Source of the DNA: Candidatus Pacearchaeota archaeon CG10_big_fil_rev_8_21_14_0_10_34_76
GTDB taxonomy: Archaea > Nanobdellota > Nanobdellia > Pacearchaeales > GW2011-AR1
Direction: 5' to 3'
Length of the DNA: 61,685 bases
Assembly: GCA_002763075.1 (NCBI GenBank)
Contig: PFDB01000002.1
Span: 128,286 to 189,970, forward strand
The notes below the pieces were generated by a model that was given only the letters and a program-made list of their open reading frames with translations, had not been told where the DNA came from and made no database searches. Shown in pieces: positions 10,264-19,077 of the stretch; position 1 is the first letter of the stretch, and every line of letters begins with the position of its first letter. The position numbers and the translations under genes are program-made.

Positions 10264-11576
10264 TAAATAATAAAAAAGTATTTATATTTGATTTGGACGG
10301 AGTGATTATCAACACAGTTGAGTTTTTGTATAATTCATATTTAAAATTTCTTTTAAAATACAAGATAAATGGTAGCAAAGAAGAATTTAATATGCTGAAT
10401 GGCCCGAAAATAGAGGATATTATTATTTATCTTAAAACAAAGTATAAAATAAAAGAATCTGAGTCTCATCTTTTGGAGGAATATAACGGTTTGATAAATT
10501 CTGTTTATAATAAGGCTGAAATGGTCTCGGGAATTGAAAAAATTCTCAAAATATTAAAAACATTTAACTTTGATATCGCTTTGGCTACATCTTCTTCAAA
10601 AAAGAATGTAGACTTTATATTGAAAAAATTTGATTTATCACATTACTTTAATGTAATTGTCTACGGAGATGATCTAAGCGAAGCGAAACCATCTCCATTA
10701 ATTTATAATTTAGTAAGAAACAAAATTCCTGCGAAAACTTATTATGTAATAGAAGATTCTGTTCAAGGGGTAATCGCCGCTAAAGCTGCTGACATGAAAA
10801 TAATCTTTTTTAACAGAGAAAACAAAAAGGCAAACCAGAGTTGGGATTATCAGGCATCACGGACAGAGGAATTAATGAATATAATTGTAAAACTCATTAC
10901 TAATATAGATATTCTAAGCGTGGAACAGGATCTAAAATTAGTGGTTGTTAATCAGCCAATAACCGATTCGCAAGAAAAAAAGGATAAGGTAAACCTGATT
11001 TGGGAGGAGAAAAAGAAAAATAACTCCTCTGTTTATGAAGGGAATATCTTAAGAGGTATAAGTGTTGAAAGGAAAGGAAAGGATGTTATTTTGCTTTGCT
11101 CACAAACTGAATATAAATATTATCTGGCAAAGTTTAGTGATTCTTCATTGGGTTTCAAAATTAATCCGATAGCGATATCCGGTTTGATAACTGATAATGA
11201 AGGGTATACCTTGATAGGAAAAAGGAGGAAGGTTACATCCCATGCAGGACATTATGAATTGGTACCTTCTGGTGGCGTAGATTCTGTAGAATTCAGAAAA
11301 CAGATAATAAAGGAGTTCAAGGAGGAAACCGGGTTTGATGAGGAAATCATAAAAAGAGTTGATATTAGTGGTCTAATTTTTGATAATACTGAATCTTTGT
11401 ACGAAATAATATTCAATATACATATATCTAAAAGTCTGAATCTTCTTTTGCCAAGTTTAAAGATTGGTGAATATGAAGAATTTGAAGTAATAAAACTTAG
11501 TGAGTTCGGCAAGATTATTAGTAATTATGAATTTGTCCCACTCTCAAAATTAATTTATGCCATGATAGATAATTAG
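10260..11576 (+). CDS. HAD-family phosphatase fused to a NUDIX hydrolase
   Basis: N-terminal FDLDGV, AKPSP and IEDS (HAD motifs); C-terminal PSGGVD...IKEFKEETG (Nudix box). Confidence 0.85.
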   Translation: MINNKKVFIFDLDGVIINTVEFLYNSYLKFLLKYKINGSKEEFNMLNGPKIEDIIIYLKTKYKIKESESHLLEEYNGLINSVYNKAEMVSGIEKILKILKTFNFDIALATSSSKKNVDFILKKFDLSHYFNVIVYGDDLSEAKPSPLIYNLVRNKIPAKTYYVIEDSVQGVIAAKAADMKIIFFNRENKKANQSWDYQASRTEELMNIIVKLITNIDILSVEQDLKLVVVNQPITDSQEKKDKVNLIWEEKKKNNSSVYEGNILRGISVERKGKDVILLCSQTEYKYYLAKFSDSSLGFKINPIAISGLITDNEGYTLIGKRRKVTSHAGHYELVPSGGVDSVEFRKQIIKEFKEETGFDEEIIKRVDISGLIFDNTESLYEIIFNIHISKSLNLLLPSLKIGEYEEFEVIKLSEFGKIISNYEFVPLSKLIYAMIDN

Positions 11577-11728
11577 GAAAAATGAGTTTATGTTATTGTT
11601 ACTAAGAAAAAAGTTAGGGCTTAAATTCTCAACCTTTGATAAAATAACTTTGGAAATATTTTTTATTCATTTTTCTATGATTATGGGGCTTGAACGACCA
11701 ATTTAAACTTTTCTAAACTAGAAATAGA

Positions 11729-12223
11729 CTATTTTTTGACCTTTAATTCTATTACCAAATCTACTGCGGGAAAAAGATATGCAAAATGTTTTTCATAAAA
11801 AACGGAGTTTAGTTTTGTTAATCCCCTCATAAAGAATCGTATATGGGGGAATGTGATTATTTGACTTTTTATGCTATAAAAAGAGGACATATTGCTGTTT
11901 TTGAAAGTTTCACTATTGAATCCTCTTTTATGTTGTAAATCTCCCCAAGCGTTGTTACTAGAAAAATGAGGAGTTCTAATTTTTATTATAGCTTCTGGCT
12001 TTGATATTCTATGAATCTCTTTCATAATTTGGTAAGGGTCATTCAGATGTTCCAGAATATTATACATTAAGATTTCATCAAAAGAGTTATCCTTGAAGGG
12101 GTATGGGAGATTGTTTAAATTAATTAATTTGTCTACACCTTTGAATTTTTCAAAGTCTATGTTTAGATAACCTTTTTTGACGTCTTCTCCACAACCAAGA
12201 TTGAGTTTTGATGGATTATTCAT
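11729..12223 (-). CDS. Methyltransferase type 11
   Basis: LNLGCG, YPFKDNSFDEI, ILEHL. Confidence 0.85.
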   Translation of the reverse strand: MNNPSKLNLGCGEDVKKGYLNIDFEKFKGVDKLINLNNLPYPFKDNSFDEILMYNILEHLNDPYQIMKEIHRISKPEAIIKIRTPHFSSNNAWGDLQHKRGFNSETFKNSNMSSFYSIKSQIITFPHIRFFMRGLTKLNSVFYEKHFAYLFPAVDLVIELKVKK

Positions 12224-12253
12224 TAGAAACTATAAATTTGGATATTTAAAAAA

Positions 12254-13801
12254 CTAATTGATTTTCTTTTTGCTAAGAGGATTCCTTAATTTAGAAGCTA
12301 TGAGTAAAAGAATCATCTTGTCTTGTTCATCTAAGGCCTTAGTTTTAAAAATTAAAATTAAATAAATAAGAGAAAAAAGAATTCCTGAAAGGACCAATAG
12401 GGGCAAAGATGGTTTTGACATTGAACTTATTGTGATTAATACTATGAGGGGAATTATAGCTGAAATTAATATGTTCAAAACCTTTCTTCTTATTGGAATT
12501 ATTGAAGTATATTTATGCGCATTGTATGTGTAAATGACTGCTAAACATATGTAAGAAAGAGATGTTGAAAATGCTGCTCCATTTATTCCAAATCTAGGTA
12601 TGAATAGAAAATTGAGTATGGCATTTAGGATACCTGTAAAAATTAAGGTGGTCATTATTACCTTTGATCTACCAGTCATTGAAATCAAATTATTCGATAT
12701 TGATGAAAAAGAGTAAACTAGCATTCCTGCTGAAAGAATTTGTAATGCTAAGGTTCCAGATAAGTAATCGCTTCCGAACAAAAAGTTGATTATCACTCCT
12801 GGGAAAACGAGTGTTAAGAAAAATAATGGGATGTTTATCATCGCTATCCATTTGTTAACTTGTTTACTTAATGCTTTTATTACATCCAGATTTTTCTCAC
12901 CATATTCTCTAGTTATCAAAGGCAAGAAGAGTTGTAAAAACATCTGTGGTGCAAAAGTTAAGAGCATTGCAATGGGTATTGCTGCATTGTAAATTCCCAC
13001 ATCTCCAACAGTTAGAAAAAACCCTATGAAGAACGTGTCTATCCAGAAGAAAACGGATGCAATCATACCTGAAAACATGGCTGGCCATGAATAGGAAAAA
13101 AAATCTATTAGTATCTTCTTTTTGTTTCCAAGTTTTAGCTTGTTAGATAGAATGGGGATTTTTTTTCGGATTATGATAAATGTGAAAATCATGATGCCCA
13201 GAACTGAAACGAGGTAAGATAATGCGACTCCCTTTGAATTAAATCCTAAGAATATGAAAATTAGTAAGGATAAGACCTTAAGAGTATTTTGTAAAATATT
13301 GTTTATGAAAGAAAACCAACCTACTTCTTCAAATGCTTGCAAAACTGAAAGAAAAACATTTGAGATAAGAGATAATGGAAGCATAATGCTGAATATTTTC
13401 AGAAAAATGCTTAATGAAGCATTTTTGAAGAGGTATATTGAAATTGCGTCAGATAACGTGTAGACTATGATTGCTGAAATCAGCCCAGTTAGAAAGACTA
13501 TTCCTAAGGAGATTCTATAAATGAAATTTATTTTTTTGTCTTCTTTTTGTCCCCTGTATAATGGAATGAATCTTAAGAGCCCCTGAGGCAATCCTAATGA
13601 AGAGAAAGCTCCAAACCAGCCAACTACCATAAGAGCTAAGGCGAGCAAACCATAAACTTCTGGCCCAAAATATCTTGCTACTACAATTCTATAAGCATAA
13701 GTTAGGACCTTGGACAAAATTATCCCTATGAAAACGATAAATGAAGATTTGGCTATAAACCTTAGAGCGATATTTGTCTCTCTGTTTTCTTTGCTTTCCA
13801 T
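12254..13801 (-). CDS. Oligosaccharide flippase (Wzx/MOP family)
   Basis: About 14 hydrophobic segments; ARYFGPEVYG, DTFFIG...VGIYNAA, IPRFGINGAA. Confidence 0.9.
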   Translation of the reverse strand: MESKENRETNIALRFIAKSSFIVFIGIILSKVLTYAYRIVVARYFGPEVYGLLALALMVVGWFGAFSSLGLPQGLLRFIPLYRGQKEDKKINFIYRISLGIVFLTGLISAIIVYTLSDAISIYLFKNASLSIFLKIFSIMLPLSLISNVFLSVLQAFEEVGWFSFINNILQNTLKVLSLLIFIFLGFNSKGVALSYLVSVLGIMIFTFIIIRKKIPILSNKLKLGNKKKILIDFFSYSWPAMFSGMIASVFFWIDTFFIGFFLTVGDVGIYNAAIPIAMLLTFAPQMFLQLFLPLITREYGEKNLDVIKALSKQVNKWIAMINIPLFFLTLVFPGVIINFLFGSDYLSGTLALQILSAGMLVYSFSSISNNLISMTGRSKVIMTTLIFTGILNAILNFLFIPRFGINGAAFSTSLSYICLAVIYTYNAHKYTSIIPIRRKVLNILISAIIPLIVLITISSMSKPSLPLLVLSGILFSLIYLILIFKTKALDEQDKMILLLIASKLRNPLSKKKIN

Positions 13802-13890
13802 TTAAGATTTAAGGAATGGAGTCTTTTTATGATTAACTTTAATTATTTAACGGACCTAAAGATTTAAATTTAGATTGAATCACTAGTTTT

Positions 13891-14415
13891 ATGGCTAAAA
13901 AAATACTGAATGTGGGTTGTGGAGAAAGTACATATGGCACAGACAGAATCGATTTTATCAAAACTCCTACATCTACTAAGATAGTTGATGCAAATAAACC
14001 TCTGCCCTATAATGATAATTATTTTGATGAAATTTATGCTAATTGCGTCCTTGAACATCTAAAGAATTTAGGTATTTTTGCAGATGAATGCTACCGAGTC
14101 TTAAAGCATGGCGGAAAATTATATATTCACACAGATCATGCAGGATATCTTCCGTTTTTTATTTTGAATACTCATGAACATAATAAATTCTTAGACTCTC
14201 AATATAGAGGCGGATTTCAGTATGGGCATGAGAAGGGTGGAGATTGGCATTATCATCTTTTTGTTGCAAGTCACCTACACGGTTTATTCAAAAGATTTAG
14301 GTCCAGAAAAGTAAGTTACACATATGGTGGAAGAAATCAATTATTTAGACTAGTTTTGAGAATCTTGCCAAGAAGACTTGGGGCAATAGGCATTACGTTA
14401 GAGGCCGTGAAGTAA
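13891..14415 (+). CDS. Methyltransferase type 11
   Basis: LNVGCG, LPYNDNYFDEI, VLEHL, RVLKHGG. Confidence 0.85.
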   Translation: MAKKILNVGCGESTYGTDRIDFIKTPTSTKIVDANKPLPYNDNYFDEIYANCVLEHLKNLGIFADECYRVLKHGGKLYIHTDHAGYLPFFILNTHEHNKFLDSQYRGGFQYGHEKGGDWHYHLFVASHLHGLFKRFRSRKVSYTYGGRNQLFRLVLRILPRRLGAIGITLEAVK

Positions 14416-15538
14416 TGTTCTTTTCCAACAACCTATCTATTGATGATTTGACCTCTTTAGTTGTGATTGCACCCATGCAAATGTTTTGCTTGTCATGGGA
14501 TGGACCTTTTTGTCTATCCCTGATACACTTATCTTTATGAAAAAGATTTATCTGGATATCTTCATTTCCATATGCTCCAACTTCTTCAGGAAAAGTGGGT
14601 CCGAAAAGCGCAATGACTGGAGTTCCTGTAAATTCAGCTATATGAACTGCGCTTGTATCTACACTGATTAAAATATCTGCCCTTGAGATGACTTCCATTA
14701 GACCTTTTATACTTAGATTTCCGGAAAGATTAGTTATATGTTCTTTATTTGTTACCTCCTCAAGTATTTTATCAGTGATTATCTTCTCATTCTTCTCGCC
14801 CGTTACAAACACATCAATCTTATATTTTTCTATAATATAATCTGCTATATTCGCAAATCTCTCACTTGGCCAGCCCATTGCAGGAATTTTGCCTTGCTTG
14901 ATAATATCAGAAAAATTTCTTCCGCTGGGATGGAGAATGGCATACCTTTCATTATTGGGCTTTTTGTTTTTGAAAGTTGCAAGAGGCATTTTTATCTTTA
15001 ACCCTGCAGCCTGACAAATCCGAATCTCCTGTTCCACTTTGTGCCCATTCCTTATTGAAGGTTTTATTTTTTTATCTATGAAAGATTTATGGTGGGAGAA
15101 TAATGATGAATAGATGCTGGAATATTCATTACCTACTGTGAAACCTCCAATGAGTTTTGAATATTCCTCACTGGATGCGCTGAATAACAAGATTTCATCA
15201 TAATCAATGATATTCAAACTCTTTAGCCCTACAAATCTTAGATTTATTTTTGGTCCAATAAATCTTACTTTTTCCATCTCCGAATCTCCGCAAAGAAAAT
15301 CTATTTTTATTCCTTTATTGTCTCTTATTAATGTTAATGCCACCCTTAATGATGTGAATACGTCTCCAAGTGCTCCGTGGTTCACAATCAAAACCCTTTT
15401 TAATTTGCTTGGGAAAGGCTTGTTTTTTCTAAACATAGAATAGATTCTCCAGAGAAAATATTCGTACCAATAAGTTGAATATCTTGTTAGTCTCACTAGT
15501 TTTGCTTTGAATTGAAGAAATCGATAATAATAGTCCAT
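14393..15538 (-). CDS. Glycosyltransferase family 9 (heptosyltransferase-like)
   Basis: GALGDV, ILHPSG, WPSERF, ISVDTSAVHIA, ALFGPT. Confidence 0.85.
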   Translation of the reverse strand: MDYYYRFLQFKAKLVRLTRYSTYWYEYFLWRIYSMFRKNKPFPSKLKRVLIVNHGALGDVFTSLRVALTLIRDNKGIKIDFLCGDSEMEKVRFIGPKINLRFVGLKSLNIIDYDEILLFSASSEEYSKLIGGFTVGNEYSSIYSSLFSHHKSFIDKKIKPSIRNGHKVEQEIRICQAAGLKIKMPLATFKNKKPNNERYAILHPSGRNFSDIIKQGKIPAMGWPSERFANIADYIIEKYKIDVFVTGEKNEKIITDKILEEVTNKEHITNLSGNLSIKGLMEVISRADILISVDTSAVHIAEFTGTPVIALFGPTFPEEVGAYGNEDIQINLFHKDKCIRDRQKGPSHDKQNICMGAITTKEVKSSIDRLLEKNITSRPLT

Positions 15539-15575
15539 CTTGTGTAGGGGTGAGTAGGATTTATTAAATATCTTT

Positions 15576-16007
15576 CTATTTTATTACCCAATTGAAAAAG
15601 AAAAATTCTCTTCTGTAGAATCTATCGTGGAGAAGAAGCCAGAAAAGGTCGAGTAATGAATGGAAAATCATTCCTATGAAAATATAAAAGAACGGAGTCC
15701 ATAAAAATGCCAATATTGCTATTAAGAGATGGAATTCTATTGTGTGAAAGATATGGAAATCTCCCCTTTTCCTTAAACCTTTTTTGTTTTCAGACTCTTC
15801 TATTTTGCCAAGATGTTTATGATATTCAAGTGCATGCTTCAATCTTACCTTCCTTGTCTTTATTGCTACATTAAGGTAGTGATCAAAGTCTATTAAAAAC
15901 GAGGATAGGAAAATGAGAGCAATATATATGAGGTTAGTTTGAGGTGCAGCAATCCAGATTATTATTGTGAAGATTGCCCCAAAAAAAATATGCCATCTTG
16001 GTAACAT
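15576..16007 (-). CDS. Membrane-bound metal-dependent hydrolase-like protein
   Basis: Likely start at ATG 16007 (MLPRWH). Conserved H, IDFDH, FHTIEF and HSLLD motifs, with transmembrane segments. Confidence 0.7.
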   Translation of the reverse strand: MLPRWHIFFGAIFTIIIWIAAPQTNLIYIALIFLSSFLIDFDHYLNVAIKTRKVRLKHALEYHKHLGKIEESENKKGLRKRGDFHIFHTIEFHLLIAILAFLWTPFFYIFIGMIFHSLLDLFWLLLHDRFYRREFFFFNWVIK

Positions 16008-16013
16008 TCTACA

Positions 16014-16217
16014 ACCCCTCCGCGGTTCTAGGAGTCCGGGTAAGAAGATGACACCCCTCCGCGGTTCTAGGAGTCCGGGTAAGAAGATGACACCCCTCCG
16101 CGGTTCTAGGAGTCCGGGTAAGAAGATGACACCCCTCCGCGGTTCTAGGTATTTGCAGAGCAAGCTCCGCATACATCCAACTCTTACGAGTTATATGAGT
16201 CCTGGTAAACAGATGAC
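16014..16217. repeat. 39-bp GC-rich tandem repeat: three perfect units plus one unit interrupted by a 48-bp insert
   Basis: ACCCCTCCGCGGTTCTAGGAGTCCGGGTAAGAAGATGAC at 16014, 16053 and 16092. The fourth unit is split into 16131-16148 and a diverged 16197-16217. Confidence 0.95.
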
Positions 16218-16241
16218 GCCAATCAATACAGAATTTTATTA

Positions 16242-17750
16242 TCATTCTTCCATCTTTCTTATCATATCTGCGAAAGCAGGACGTGTTATAAGAACCCCTG
16301 CAGTTATTCCTATGATGGAGGTGATTGCAAATCCCTTGAATAATCCTGCTCCAGCCCAGTAAAGAGGAATTAGAGCAAATAGAGCAGTTAGGTAAGCAGT
16401 CATAACTACAAATAATGCATTCTTCATCCTCTGTTTTATATTTGACTGTTTATTTGTGCGAGCCTCGTCTAAGATAACTATCTGTTGGTCGACTCCTGTA
16501 CCAATTGTTGCAAGTATTCCTGCTATAGATGGTAAATCAAGATTCCATTTGATTAGCGCCGCGAATCCGAGGATAATGATTAGCTCGGAGAAAGAAGTTA
16601 GAAGAAGGGCTGCAGATGCCTTGAATTTTCTATATCTTATTAGGACTATTAATCCTACTGCAACAATAGATGCTGTACCTGCAAGCAATATAAGGAAAAC
16701 AAATTGATCTCCTAATACTGGAGAGATTGTGTCTAACTTAACTATTGTTAGTTTGTAGGGCAAACTTCCAGTGATCAAAACTGTTTGTAAATGGTGCATA
16801 TCACTTCTTGCATTTTCAAATGCTTCTTCCTGTGTTGCTCCTTGCCCTGAACCTTGAATAGATATCTGGGTTGTTGCCTGACCCTTTAAACCTGAACTGA
16901 TTCTTAGCTCATCTACAATTTCTTCATCTAATATCAATGTAAGGTTTTCATTCAGGTATCTTCCTCCTGATTCTGAATCTAACCCAAGGCTTCCAGTTAT
17001 GTTTGCATGTCTTTGTGCCGCCTCTCCGCTAAGGTAAATTGTGAAAGCAAAACTACAAGAGTATCCTCCTTGGAAAGGTGTGCAACTCTGTACTCCAGAA
17101 CATGTGGCGTCATTTCTACAAACAGAGGTAATATCTTCATTTCCTCCAACAAATACAATTTGATCTTTAATGCGGGCTTCAAATTTTCCTTGTTGAGAGA
17201 TTAAATCCTCAAGATCTGTGGGAGTTGCTCCAGCTATTTCAACCAACATAAATTTGTTTCCAGAAAGGTCTGAGACTCCCCTTATTTTAACATCTGAAAT
17301 TCCGAATACATTAAATCTGTTGCTGCTTATATCAATTAAATCCTTAAGTTCTGAGTCAGTTAACTCTTGGTCTGGTTGGACAAGTGCTCTTGCTCCGCCC
17401 CTAATGTCTAATCCTGTTTGAATGTTTGTTTGGGAGATTTTTCCCACCACTATTTTTGGAGTTTCATTTGTTAATATGATATATGTACGTTCTTTTGTGG
17501 TTATATCAATTCTTTTTTCTCCTTCTGTTGAAAAAATTGAATTCATGACCTTAGCATAATCTTCTAATGATGAAATTTTTTCTCCATTTACTCCCTTGAT
17601 GATTTCTCCCTGTCTAATACCTTCTTCTGCAATTTTCGAATCTCTATCTACAGATTTTATAAGAACTCCTGATTCAAATGATGGACGTATTGCTATCAGA
17701 CTTAGCACCAATACTATTATTAAAATCCAAATACGAAATGTTATTTTCAT
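16242..17750 (-). CDS. secD: Protein translocase subunit SecD (with N-terminal PDZ-like segment)
   Basis: GLDIRGG, GSLP, LDLPSIAGILATIGTGVDQQIVI, GFAITSIIG, ITRPAF. ATG at 17750 overlaps the secF stop. Confidence 0.92.
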   Translation of the reverse strand: MKITFRIWILIIVLVLSLIAIRPSFESGVLIKSVDRDSKIAEEGIRQGEIIKGVNGEKISSLEDYAKVMNSIFSTEGEKRIDITTKERTYIILTNETPKIVVGKISQTNIQTGLDIRGGARALVQPDQELTDSELKDLIDISSNRFNVFGISDVKIRGVSDLSGNKFMLVEIAGATPTDLEDLISQQGKFEARIKDQIVFVGGNEDITSVCRNDATCSGVQSCTPFQGGYSCSFAFTIYLSGEAAQRHANITGSLGLDSESGGRYLNENLTLILDEEIVDELRISSGLKGQATTQISIQGSGQGATQEEAFENARSDMHHLQTVLITGSLPYKLTIVKLDTISPVLGDQFVFLILLAGTASIVAVGLIVLIRYRKFKASAALLLTSFSELIIILGFAALIKWNLDLPSIAGILATIGTGVDQQIVILDEARTNKQSNIKQRMKNALFVVMTAYLTALFALIPLYWAGAGLFKGFAITSIIGITAGVLITRPAFADMIRKMEE

Positions 17751-18634
17751 CCTAGGTTTTTTGCCTCCGCATACCATTTAAGTATTGATGCATTTGCTAC
17801 CCATGTGTTTAATATGTCAAATCCAAGACCGATTAAGAGTATTGTGAACATCTGTCTTAGTGTTTCTGAAAAATTGAAAATTATTGCTAATGATATTGCT
17901 ATTGCAACTATTGATGTGAGGGTCATTGTTAATCCTGTTTTTAATGCGCCAGCCATTCTTTTATTTAGGGAGACATCTTTTTTTCTTAATATTCTGGAAG
18001 TTAGCATGATGTCTGTGTCTACCGAATACCCTATAAGCATGAGCAATGCAACTATGCCTCCAATAGAAAGATTGAAATTCAGAAGATCTAATAGAACAAT
18101 TGTGAAAACGATATCCATAAATGCTGAAAGTATAACTGCGAAACTAGGCACGAATGTCCTAAATATTACAAAGACTACTATTGCCATTAGGATAAATGCA
18201 ATGATTACTGCCAATCTGAGTTGTTGATAAAAGCTCGAAGATAACGCATTTCCTGTAAATTCTGTTGAAGAATTCTCTGTAGTCAGTTCATAACCTAAAT
18301 AACTTTCTAAGAACGGCCTTATCTCTTCCGGGGTGGCTTTCGTCTCAACAAAAAATCCTTGTTGTTCTCCAGTTCTAATATTAGAAATTCCACGGATTAC
18401 TGAATCTGGAAATTCTAAAGAGAGCCCTTGCTTTAGGTCGTTTATATCTGTTTTTGCATCAAAGACTGATATTGTTGTTCCTCCAGTGATAGATACATCT
18501 GTTAATATCAAGTCTCCATTTTTTGCATTGAACTGGAATAGAAAGATTAAAGAGAATACTAACAAAATTGCCGGAATGAACAACAACTTCTTGTAATGCT
18601 TGTCGTACCAACCTTTTTTTGTGGTTTCTGTCAT
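17747..18634 (-). CDS. secF: Protein translocase subunit SecF
   Basis: ITGGT, LLMLIGYSVDTDIML, TGLTMTLT, DILNTW. Confidence 0.92.
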   Translation of the reverse strand: MTETTKKGWYDKHYKKLLFIPAILLVFSLIFLFQFNAKNGDLILTDVSITGGTTISVFDAKTDINDLKQGLSLEFPDSVIRGISNIRTGEQQGFFVETKATPEEIRPFLESYLGYELTTENSSTEFTGNALSSSFYQQLRLAVIIAFILMAIVVFVIFRTFVPSFAVILSAFMDIVFTIVLLDLLNFNLSIGGIVALLMLIGYSVDTDIMLTSRILRKKDVSLNKRMAGALKTGLTMTLTSIVAIAISLAIIFNFSETLRQMFTILLIGLGFDILNTWVANASILKWYAEAKNLG

Positions 18635-18684
18635 TGAATTTTAAAAGAATGTGGGGTTTTTAAAGCTGTTTAGAAAGAATGTGA

Positions 18685-18756
18685 TGCGCGGGCCGGGATT
18701 CGAACCCGGGTCATCGACTTGGAAGGCCGAGATTCTGACCACTGAACTACCCACGC
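18685..18756 (-). tRNA. tRNA-Gly(TCC)
   Basis: Cloverleaf GCGTGGG...TCGGC CT TCC AA GTCGA...GGTTCGAATCC...CCCGCGC A; CCA not encoded. Confidence 0.95.
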
Positions 18757-18812
18757 CTATAATCTTTAGAAAAAAGCGGGTTTTAAACCTTATTATTCTA
18801 TATCGAATCTAA

Positions 18813-18939
18813 CGTCCCCGACAGGATTTGAACCTGCGACCTATGCCTATCTCAATTGCTTTCGCAATCATAAACCTCTTCAGGATTTATTCCTTCAGGT
18901 TAGGAGGGCATCGCTCTATCCAGGCTGAGCTACAGGGAC
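18813..18939 (-). tRNA. tRNA-Arg(CCT) with a 52-nt intron at position 37/38 (18849-18900)
   Basis: GTCCCTG acceptor stem; anticodon arm ATGCC CT CCT A / A GGCAT is interrupted; T-arm GCAGG TTCAAAT CCTGT. Confidence 0.93.
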
Positions 18940-18940
18940 A

Positions 18941-19024
18941 TGCGGGGAGAAGGATTCGAACCTTCGTAAGCACTAAGCTAACGGATCTTGAGTCCGTCCC
19001 GTTTGACCACTCCGGCATCCCCGC
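18941..19024 (-). tRNA. tRNA-Leu(CAA)
   Basis: GCGGGGA acceptor stem, ACGGA CT CAA GA TCCGT, long variable arm. Confidence 0.95.
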
Positions 19025-19077
19025 ATGAAAATAAGGGACAATCTTGTATTTTAAAAGTTGCTATTTATACATAGAAA

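Noticed and set aside
16008-16172. N-terminal LEPRRGVIFLPGL repeats as part of the hydrolase, and ORFs 15967-16362 and 16009-16245
   Set aside because: The frames are open only because the repeat length is a multiple of 3. The family-like sequence begins at MLPRWH (16007).
16014-16217. CRISPR array
   Set aside because: Units are directly adjacent and identical with no unique spacers, and there are no cas genes in the window.
16010-16240. SRP RNA, RNase P RNA or hammerhead ribozyme
   Set aside because: I could not find the SRP helix-8 motif, the RNase P GAGGAAAGUCC core or the CUGAUGA/GAAA hammerhead core.
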